In this document: piece after piece, positions 8,900 to 15,837 of the stretch
How the letters are laid out: each line of letters opens with the position of its first letter
How positions within the stretch are numbered: the first letter of the stretch is position 1
Assembly (NCBI GenBank): GCA_041661845.1
Contig: JBAZTQ010000001.1
Location: forward strand, 11,361-75,360
Direction: 5' to 3'
From: Kiritimatiellales bacterium
GTDB taxonomy: Bacteria; Verrucomicrobiota; Kiritimatiellia; Kiritimatiellales; Tichowtungiaceae
Length of the DNA: 64,000 nt
The notes under the pieces: generated by a model
Database searches by the model: none
The model's input: only the letters and a program-made list of their open reading frames with translations
Told to the model about the DNA's origin: nothing
Translations under genes and position numbers: made by a program

Positions 8900-8950
8900 A
8901 TTACCAATCTTTATTTATGAGATTTAACAACGGGTTATACTGTATTCCGG

Positions 8951-9592
8951 TCACTCCGCCTGGACTCCCAGAATGCAGTAAAGGATAATATAGTTGGTTA
9001 CATCAAAGTTGTCCGGCGGAAGCGCCACTGTACGCTGGTCGGATCCTATGACGTATTCTCCTGCCGGAGGAATAGCTACCGCACGGTTATCGGTACCGAC
9101 AATACTGATCCATCCCTTCGGAGTGGCAATTGTTCGGCCGTCCGGGCCTTCGAGTGTTGTTCCTTTAGGCGGAACAGCAACGATACGCCCGTCTTTGCCT
9201 TCAACCTGTTTCCAGCCTTTAGGAACAGCAACGAGCCGGTTGTCCGGTCCTTCAACAGCCATGCCGCCGGGAGGAATTGCCACGGCACGGCCGTCTGACC
9301 CCTCTCCGGAACTCCATCCTTTCGGGATGGCGACCAGACGTTGATCTTTTCCTTTTTTCGCCGTTCCTTGCGGCGGAATTGCAACAAGCCGTCCGTCCGA
9401 CCCCTGTGCTTTATCCCATCCCGCAGGAATGGATGTTGTTCTTTCGTCCAGTCCGCAATATCCGCCGCCGTTTGGAGCAACGGCGACGGCCCGCCCATCC
9501 GGGCAGGTTTCCGATTTCCACGCCGCAGAAGCATTCATCGCGCTGACAATTAAAATCGAAGCAGTAATCGAGGATTTTGTGCAACTTTTCAT
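8951..9592 (-). CDS. Secreted tandem-repeat protein (10 x 17 aa), unknown function
   Basis: Signal peptide MKSCTKSSITASILIVSAMNASA is followed by ten contiguous 17-aa units of type D-[GNQE]-R-x-[VIT]-[AS]-[IVTL]-P-..., and then a hydrophobic tail. Confidence 0.7.
   Translation of the reverse strand: MKSCTKSSITASILIVSAMNASAAWKSETCPDGRAVAVAPNGGGYCGLDERTTSIPAGWDKAQGSDGRLVAIPPQGTAKKGKDQRLVAIPKGWSSGEGSDGRAVAIPPGGMAVEGPDNRLVAVPKGWKQVEGKDGRIVAVPPKGTTLEGPDGRTIATPKGWISIVGTDNRAVAIPPAGEYVIGSDQRTVALPPDNFDVTNYIILYCILGVQAE
8990..9499 (-). repeat. Coding tandem repeat, period 51 nt (17 aa), 10 units
   Basis: The units DGRAVAVAPNGGGYCGL / DERTTSIPAGWDKAQGS / DGRLVAIPPQGTAKKGK / DQRLVAIPKGWSSGEGS / DGRAVAIPPGGMAVEGP / DNRLVAVPKGWKQVEGK / DGRIVAVPPKGTTLEGP / DGRTIATPKGWISIVGT / DNRAVAIPPAGEYVIGS / DQRTVALPPDNFDVTNY run without indels. 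Confidence 0.85.
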
Positions 9593-9962
9593 AGCGTACT
9601 CTTTCGTTCGGATGCGACTTGCTTTACCGGCTTGATTATAAGTTTATATCATTGAGACCAGAGTCCGGCAAACAGGAAAGTCGCAGATATTCAACCGGCT
9701 GTGCCGGCAGCATCGTCAGCTCCGGCATACCGTGGGACTAAACCATCAGGCCCAATGCAGAGTGTTTAATGGCTTAGTTTGTTTTCATTTTGTTGCATCA
9801 AACAGTGTTGTCAGCCATGTTCAATGTTACCGGTCTTTGCTGCGGTAAGCGGGTGGCCCGGCGCTGTCAAAACGGAATCCTCGCCAAAAATCCCCGTTTT
9901 TCCGCTTGTTTTCGATATTGGGGAAAGAATATACAGCGTCTCGGATTGGTCGGGAGAAGGTA

Positions 9963-10187
9963 ATGGCGAAGCAGGATGACACTTTGGTTTCTTTGGACGG
10001 GACGGTGATTGAAGTACTTCCCGGCACGATGTATCGCGTGAAGTTCGATAACGGACACACGGTGCTGGCGCACGTCTCCGGAAAAATCCGCAAAAATTTC
10101 ATCCGCATTTCCATCGGCGACAAAGTGACAGTCGAAATCTCCACCTACGACCTGACCAAAGGCCGTATCACCTACCGCCACGCCTGA
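9963..10187 (+). CDS. infA: Translation initiation factor IF-1
   Basis: [74 protein letters not shown] is 74 aa and is a canonical IF-1 S1-fold sequence. Confidence 0.95.
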   Translation: MAKQDDTLVSLDGTVIEVLPGTMYRVKFDNGHTVLAHVSGKIRKNFIRISIGDKVTVEISTYDLTKGRITYRHA

Positions 10188-10229
10188 ACCGGCTCCGCCG
10201 GAGGCGTCGCCCCACCAATCAATGCGAAG

Positions 10230-10499
10230 GTAGGGCGAGTTCTCTGAACGAGCCGCTGATTTGACGTGCAAACAATGGTTTGGGAAGTAGCGGCATCGCG
10301 TTGTCAAAAATACCTGAATCATCAGTGTCTTTTGTTTTGGTATGTAGTACCGGCTTCAGCCGGAACAGTCGGAGCCGCCTGAAGGCGGTACTACATGCCC
10401 GTTCCGCCGGACGCAGCTGCAACCCTAAGATGGAACGCGCGTCCCGCTCGTTTTAAGCAAGCGGGACGCTTGCGGTACGTATCGCAACCGTCCCGGTTG
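10230..10499. repeat. Cluster of GC-rich palindromic (REP-like) units in the infA-nspC intergenic region
   Basis: A degenerate GTAGGGCGAG... unit starts at 10230. A nested palindrome gtagtaccggcttcagccgg...ccgcctgaaggcggtactac spans 10344-10394. A 10-bp-stem hairpin gcgtcccgct/agcgggacgc spans 10439-10469. The 22-nt block cgtatcgcaaccgtcccggttg at 10478-10499 is repeated at 24367-24388. Confidence 0.75.
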
Positions 10500-10567
10500 A
10501 CTTGTAATTAAAATATGGCCGCACAATTTGGCGTGCAATCGGGAAGACCGGAAGTTAAAACCGCCGC

Positions 10568-11689
10568 ATGAATTTTCAAACGGTTCCAACTCCCGGTTTT
10601 ATCGTCGATGAAGCCAAACTTCAGCGCAACCTTGCCGTGCTGGCTGCGGTGAAAGCGCGTACCGGCTGTAAAATCCTGCTGGCGCTCAAAGGTTTCGCCA
10701 TGTGGAGCACTTTTCCGCTGTTCCGTAAAACACTCGACGGCGTGTGCGCCAGCTCGCCGTGGGAAGCGCGGCTCGGACGCGAAGAGTTCGGCGGCGAAGT
10801 TCACGCTTTCGCCGCCGCCTACAGTGAGGCTGATATCCGCGAACTGCTGATTCTTTGCGACGAGATCGATTTCAACTCCTTCGCGCAGTGGAAGCGGTTT
10901 AAGCCGCTTTTTCGCAATCAAAAAACAAAAGTCGGCTTGCGCATTAATCCGGAATGCTCGACGGGCCGGACACCGATGTATGATCCGTGCGCGCCGAAGT
11001 CGCGTCTCGGCATTACGCGTGATCAGTTTGACGGTGAAAGTCTGGACGGAATCAGCGGGCTGCATTTTCATACGCTGTGCGAGCAGAACGCCGACTCGCT
11101 GGAAATCACACTGAAGGCGGTTGAAGAAAGGTTCGGCGAATTCCTGCCGCAGATGGATTGGGTGAACTTCGGCGGCGGACACCACATCACGCGGCCGGAC
11201 TATGACGTCGATTTACTCTGTCGCCTGATTAACGACTTTAAGAAAAAGTACGGCGTTCAGGTGATTCTGGAACCGGGCGAAGCGGTGGCGCTGAATACCG
11301 GCGTGCTGATTACCACCGTGCTTGATGTGGTGCATAACGCCGGTGCAATCGCGATTCTCGATTGCTCCTGCACGTGCCACATGCCTGACGTGCTGGAAAT
11401 GCCGTACCGTCCGAACATTACCGGCGCGGGGCAGGCGGGTGAAAAGGCGTACACCTACCGGCTGGCGGGAATGAGCTGTCTGGCGGGCGACGTGATCGGC
11501 GACTATTCGTTCGACCGGCCGCTCAAACCGGGCGACCGGCTGATCTTTGAAGACATGGCGCACTACACAATGGTGAAGACTTCGATGTTCAATGGCATTC
11601 ACCATCCGTTGATCGCCATTCAGCGCGGCGACGAAGTCGAAATCGTCCGCGAGTTCCATTACGAAGACTACAAGAACCGGCTTTCATGA
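10568..11689 (+). CDS. nspC: Carboxynorspermidine/carboxyspermidine decarboxylase
   Basis: 373 aa. N-terminus ...TPGFIVDEAKLQRNLAVLAAVKARTGCKILLALKGFAMWSTFPL..., plus HFHTLCEQ and ...FNGIHHP..., typical of NspC. Confidence 0.9.
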   Translation: MNFQTVPTPGFIVDEAKLQRNLAVLAAVKARTGCKILLALKGFAMWSTFPLFRKTLDGVCASSPWEARLGREEFGGEVHAFAAAYSEADIRELLILCDEIDFNSFAQWKRFKPLFRNQKTKVGLRINPECSTGRTPMYDPCAPKSRLGITRDQFDGESLDGISGLHFHTLCEQNADSLEITLKAVEERFGEFLPQMDWVNFGGGHHITRPDYDVDLLCRLINDFKKKYGVQVILEPGEAVALNTGVLITTVLDVVHNAGAIAILDCSCTCHMPDVLEMPYRPNITGAGQAGEKAYTYRLAGMSCLAGDVIGDYSFDRPLKPGDRLIFEDMAHYTMVKTSMFNGIHHPLIAIQRGDEVEIVREFHYEDYKNRLS

Positions 11690-12486
11690 AATTCACTTTT
11701 CTAGGCACAGGAACCTCGCACGGCATTCCGATGATCGGATGTCACTGCACGGTCTGCCGGTCGGGCAACCCGAAAAACAAACGCCGCCGATGCAGTCTCT
11801 ACGTTCAGGCGGGAGGAAAACATCTGCTGTTCGACACGCCGCCGGACTTGCGCGATCAGGTGCTGACGTTCGGCGTAGAACGGGTGGATGCGGTTTTTAT
11901 CACCCATCCGCACGCCGACCATATTTTCGGCTTCGATGACATCCGCCGCTTCAGCGACATGCAGAAAGAGCACATTCACGTCTACGGCTCACCGGCGACG
12001 ATTGCTTCGATGCGTACGAAATTTGATTATGTAGACAAGCCGAGCCACTCGTTCGGCGGCGTGCCGCGCGTAATTTTCACGGAAACGGATGCGCCGGTTG
12101 AGGCCGGCGGAACCCGGGTGACGCCGGTTCCGGTCATGCATGGCGAAGACCGGATTTACGGTTATCTGGTCGAAGCGGACGGCAAGCGGCTGGCTTACAT
12201 TCCCGACTGCTCCGGCATTCCGGAAGAACGCTTCCATCCGCCTTCGCCGGAGGGCTCCGGCGTGACAGGCTTATTGGAAAATCTGGATGTCATGATTCTC
12301 GACGGCCTGCGTCCCGGTAAGCACGCGACCCATTTCTCCATCGAGGAAAGCGTGGAGCATTTGCAACGGATCGGTGCCAGACGGTCGTTTCTGACTCACC
12401 TGACGCACCATTCAGATCACGACGCACTTCAAGCCTCGCTGCCCGCCGGGATTGAGGTGCCCTGGGACGGGCTGACGGTTTCCTGA
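11686..12486 (+). CDS. MBL-fold metallo-hydrolase (PhnP-like)
   Basis: MKFTFLGTGTSHGIPMIGCHCTVC... and the HPHADH metal-binding motif. There is a 4-nt start/stop overlap with nspC. Confidence 0.8.
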   Translation: MKFTFLGTGTSHGIPMIGCHCTVCRSGNPKNKRRRCSLYVQAGGKHLLFDTPPDLRDQVLTFGVERVDAVFITHPHADHIFGFDDIRRFSDMQKEHIHVYGSPATIASMRTKFDYVDKPSHSFGGVPRVIFTETDAPVEAGGTRVTPVPVMHGEDRIYGYLVEADGKRLAYIPDCSGIPEERFHPPSPEGSGVTGLLENLDVMILDGLRPGKHATHFSIEESVEHLQRIGARRSFLTHLTHHSDHDALQASLPAGIEVPWDGLTVS

Positions 12487-12504
12487 AATAGACGGGGATG
12501 CCGA

Positions 12505-12534
12505 TTGACACTTCCGTCAGCGCCGTGCTAAAAG
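12505..12534 (+). promoter_or_regulatory. Candidate sigma-70-type promoter upstream of the DksA-like gene
   Basis: TTGACA (12505-12510), an 18-nt spacer, then TAAAAG (12529-12534), about 57 nt upstream of the ATG at 12591. Pattern match only. Confidence 0.3.
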
Positions 12535-12590
12535 CCCCCCCTCATTTTTCCGCAGGTATGGCAATTTTGGATAACGGAAGGGCTTTGCGA

Positions 12591-13190
12591 ATGACTGTAA
12601 AAAAGGTTTCGAAGAAGAAAACAGTGAAAAAAGCTGTTGAAAAAGCGCCAGCCAAAAAGGCTGTCAAAAAAGCTCCGGCTCCCAAGGCAGTTGTCGTGAA
12701 GAAAGCGGTCAAGAAAGCCGCTCCGGCTCCTGTACGCAAACCGGTCATTCCGGTTCATGTGCATAAACCGGTTGCTCCGGTGCCTGCCGGACCTGCCGCT
12801 AAAAAGCTGACCCCCAAAGAGGTTCGTGAATTTAAAGATATCCTGCTGAGTCTTCGCGAGCGCGTTTCCGGCGAATACAGCACGCTGTCGCGTGACAATC
12901 TCGAAGCCAATCAGCGCGATCCGTCGCTGTCTGATCAGGGTACCGATACGTTCGACCGCGAAATGGAACTCAACATGATGGGCAGCGAACAGGAAGTTCT
13001 CTTTGAAATCGACGCCGCGCTCCGCCGCATCGAAAAAGGCACTTTCGGCATCTGCGAACTGACCAGCCAGCCGATCAATATCGAACGTCTTCAGGCGCTG
13101 CCTTACGTCCGCTATACGGTGCGTGCGCAGTCCGAACTCGAAAAGGGCCGCGCCCACTACCGCCCCTTCGGCAGCACCATGCGCAGCTAA
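12591..13190 (+). CDS. DksA/TraR-family protein with an N-terminal Ala/Lys/Pro-rich histone-H1-like tail
   Basis: The tail is MTVKKVSKKKTVKKAVEKAPAKKAVKKAPAPKAVVVKKAVKKAAPAP.... The C-terminal part ...DQGTDTFDREMELNMMGSEQEVLFEIDAALRRIEKGTFGICELTSQPINIERLQALPYVRYTV matches the DksA coiled-coil and finger region. I chose the ATG at 12591; the track ORF starts at 12498. Confidence 0.7.
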   Translation: MTVKKVSKKKTVKKAVEKAPAKKAVKKAPAPKAVVVKKAVKKAAPAPVRKPVIPVHVHKPVAPVPAGPAAKKLTPKEVREFKDILLSLRERVSGEYSTLSRDNLEANQRDPSLSDQGTDTFDREMELNMMGSEQEVLFEIDAALRRIEKGTFGICELTSQPINIERLQALPYVRYTVRAQSELEKGRAHYRPFGSTMRS

Positions 13191-13202
13191 GGAGAAGACG
13201 GT

Positions 13203-13685
13203 ATGCTGGTACTCATTCTGGGTCTGGTCGTTATTGTGCTCGATCAGTTGACCAAGCTATGGGTGCGCGCAGACTTCATTTACGGCGACGACCCGCAATC
13301 CGTTATTCCCGGCTTTTTCAATCTGGTCTACGTCCGCAACGAAGGTGCGGCGTGGGGCATGTTCGGCGGACAGCAGGCACTGCTGGTGCTTCTCTCGATT
13401 GGTGTCCTCATCGCGCTGGCGGTCTACCACCGCAAACTGCTCAACCCGACGCTCGACCACCGCATCGCGCTGGGACTGATGGTCGGCGGCATTTGCGGAA
13501 ACCTGATCGACCGTGTGCGCGTCGGCTGGGTTACTGACTTTCTCGATTTCTACATCGGTTCTTACCACTGGCCGTCTTTCAACGTCGCCGATTCCGCCAT
13601 TTGCATTGCCGTCGGCATCTATCTGCTTTCCTCGCTTTGGCATACCCGCCATCCGTTGAAAAACGCCGCGAATGAATCCAAATAG
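13203..13685 (+). CDS. lspA: Lipoprotein signal peptidase (signal peptidase II)
   Basis: 160 aa. The motifs NEGAAWGMF and FNVADSAI are characteristic of LspA. Confidence 0.9.
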   Translation: MLVLILGLVVIVLDQLTKLWVRADFIYGDDPQSVIPGFFNLVYVRNEGAAWGMFGGQQALLVLLSIGVLIALAVYHRKLLNPTLDHRIALGLMVGGICGNLIDRVRVGWVTDFLDFYIGSYHWPSFNVADSAICIAVGIYLLSSLWHTRHPLKNAANESK

Positions 13686-14571
13686 TCCCAGTGCGTTTGT
13701 GCTCGTCGGTCCGACGGCGTCGGGCAAAAGCGCTGTTGCCCAGCTTATTGCCGAAAAAACCGGCGCGCCAATAGTTTCCGCCGACTCGATGAACATTTAT
13801 CGCGGTATGGATATCGGCACAGCCAAACCGTCGCCGGAGGAAAGGGCGCGTGTCAAAACCTGGGGTGTCGATCTTGCCGATCCTACGGAATCGTTCAGCG
13901 TCGGCGACTGGCTCCGCGCCGTTCGTCCGGCGGTTGACACCACACAAACGCCGATCGTTGTCGGCGGAACCGGGCTCTATGTAAAATGCCTGCTTCAGGG
14001 ACTCGACGAGCTGCCGACCGCCGACGAGGCGCTTCGTCAGCGAACAGAAAAAATGTCACTTGCCGAATTGCAGAACGAAGCCCGTCACGTCGCGCCCGAA
14101 GCCTACGGGGTGCTCGCTGATAAAGAAAATCCGCGTCGTCTCATCCGGTTGCTGGAAGGCAGAAAAACTTCCGAGCTTTGGAAAACCGAAATGCCGGTTG
14201 TTATCGGACTGCACGTCGAACGCGACATGTTGCACCGGCGGATCGCCGGGCGGGTCGAAAAAATGTACGCGGGCGGTTTGCTGGAGGAGGCGCGCGGACT
14301 GATCTATCTCAAACTTTCTGCGACGGCGCAGCACGCCATCGGCTACGCCGAAGCATTCGCCGTCCTGCGCGGCGAATGCACCGAGGCGGAAGCCAAGGAA
14401 CGGACGATTATCCGTACCCGCCAGCTTTCCAAGCGGCAGATGACCTGGTTCCGCCATCAGCTCAATGTGCAGTGGATCGAAACAGCGGAATATCCGGATA
14501 CGAAAAGTCTGGCCGATAAAATCGCCGGCATATGGGAGAAGGGCGGAGCGGTTCCGGTGAAGGGCGTATAA
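13672..14571 (+). CDS. miaA: tRNA dimethylallyltransferase
   Basis: P-loop LVGPTASGKSAVA and DSMNIYRGMDIGTAKPS, at the typical length of 299 aa. Confidence 0.9.
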   Translation: MNPNSPSAFVLVGPTASGKSAVAQLIAEKTGAPIVSADSMNIYRGMDIGTAKPSPEERARVKTWGVDLADPTESFSVGDWLRAVRPAVDTTQTPIVVGGTGLYVKCLLQGLDELPTADEALRQRTEKMSLAELQNEARHVAPEAYGVLADKENPRRLIRLLEGRKTSELWKTEMPVVIGLHVERDMLHRRIAGRVEKMYAGGLLEEARGLIYLKLSATAQHAIGYAEAFAVLRGECTEAEAKERTIIRTRQLSKRQMTWFRHQLNVQWIETAEYPDTKSLADKIAGIWEKGGAVPVKGV

Positions 14572-14810
14572 ACTCCGGCATGAAACGGACGTTTTTCTTT
14601 TTTCTGTTTCAGCCGGCAGGCGGTTTGTTTGTACAGCTGGCTGATAAGCATTCCGGGATTCTGGATGCCGCGACGGGAAACCCAACGGTCGAATCCGGTA
14701 CACAGATTGAACCTTTTTTAAATCCGGCAGTAACGGACAACTAACGCTAAAACTCTGGCATCCGGGTTCCGCGTAAAAGAGACTGCTCTTTCGAAATTCA
14801 GGGGGAGCTT

Positions 14811-15836
14811 ATGCAAAAGGCAAATTACGCGCGGTCATTCCTGCTTTGCTTGTTTTCTGCGGCAATGGTCTGTGCGCAGGACATGGTGCTGAGCGGTGCG
14901 GGAGCATCGTTTCCGCATCCGTTATATAAACACTGGATTGATCTGTACGGTTCGAATACCGGGGTGCGCATAGCGTATGATTCGGTCGGCTCCGGCGAGG
15001 GCATCAGGCGGCTGCTGGCCGGTGAAGTGGATTTCGGGGCGACCGACGCATTTCTGACCGATGAGCAGCTCTCGAAGGTTCCCGGAACGGTGTTCCATCT
15101 GCCGACCTGTTCGGGTGCGGTGGTGCTGGCCTATCACCTGCCCGGCGATCCGCAACTCCGGCTGACGGAGGAAGTGATCGCGGATATTTTTATGCACAAT
15201 ATCAGTAACTGGTCAGACCCGCGGATCCGCAGGCTGAATCCGGATGTCAACCTGCCGAATCTGGACATCGTGGTATTGCACCGTTCGGACAGCAGCGGTA
15301 CCACGTTTGTGTTTACCGATTATCTGAGCAAAGTGAGTCCGGTTTGGCGGAAGTCAGTCGGATGCGGCAAAGATGTCCGCTGGCCGACCGGAATGGGACT
15401 GGAGCGCAATGACGGAATAGCCGGTTTTATCACGAAGATTCCGGGAAGTATCGGGTACATGGAATACGGTTTTGCCCGCAGCGGGAAGCTGGCTTGTGCT
15501 TCCGTACGCAACCGGTCCGGACGGTTCATTTATCCGTCCGAACAAACCATCACGGCGGCTGCCGATGTGGATATTCCGGATGATACCCGCATGATGATCA
15601 CGGATACCGCGGCGGAAAACGGCTACCCGATCTCCACGTTTAGCTGGCTGATTTTCCGTTCGAAGGACGGGCGGATAACCGGCGCTGAGGAAAAGGACAG
15701 GCAGTTACGCCGGTTTCTGGAGTGGATTCTGAAAGACGGGCAGCAGCAGTACGGCGGGCTGTATTACGCTCCGATGCCGTCCCGGGTGATTGGAAAAGCG
15801 GGCGCCGTGGTGCGACGCATGTATGAAGGACAGTAA
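14811..15836 (+). CDS. PstS-family phosphate-binding periplasmic protein
   Basis: A signal peptide followed by SGAGASFPHPLYKHWI... and ...SDSSGTTFVFTDYL..., typical of PstS. No pstCAB genes are adjacent. Confidence 0.8.
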   Translation: MQKANYARSFLLCLFSAAMVCAQDMVLSGAGASFPHPLYKHWIDLYGSNTGVRIAYDSVGSGEGIRRLLAGEVDFGATDAFLTDEQLSKVPGTVFHLPTCSGAVVLAYHLPGDPQLRLTEEVIADIFMHNISNWSDPRIRRLNPDVNLPNLDIVVLHRSDSSGTTFVFTDYLSKVSPVWRKSVGCGKDVRWPTGMGLERNDGIAGFITKIPGSIGYMEYGFARSGKLACASVRNRSGRFIYPSEQTITAAADVDIPDDTRMMITDTAAENGYPISTFSWLIFRSKDGRITGAEEKDRQLRRFLEWILKDGQQQYGGLYYAPMPSRVIGKAGAVVRRMYEGQ

Positions 15837-15837
15837 T

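Noticed and set aside
10230-10499. Possible CRISPR array, given repeated GC-rich palindromes here and at 21275-21527 and 24307-24393.
   Set aside because: The units are not identical direct repeats and are not regularly spaced by unique spacers. No cas genes are present. They fit REP/BIME-like elements better.
14532-14744. 70-aa ORF in the miaA-pstS intergenic region.
   Set aside because: It overlaps the miaA 3' end. It has no SD, no recognisable features, and an odd composition (a run of FFFF from a T-tract).
15790-15837. Longer N-terminal extensions offered by the ORF track. Examples are 15790 for the kinase, 24391 for NYN-LOTUS, 24284 for recN, 43307 for the esterase, 62726 for the protease, 6617 for the HTH-EIIA protein and 57260 for hslO.
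   Set aside because: In each case an internal start gives a canonical N-terminus (a signal peptide, a lipobox or the family-typical first residues), usually with a Shine-Dalgarno motif. The extensions overlap upstream genes or repeats.
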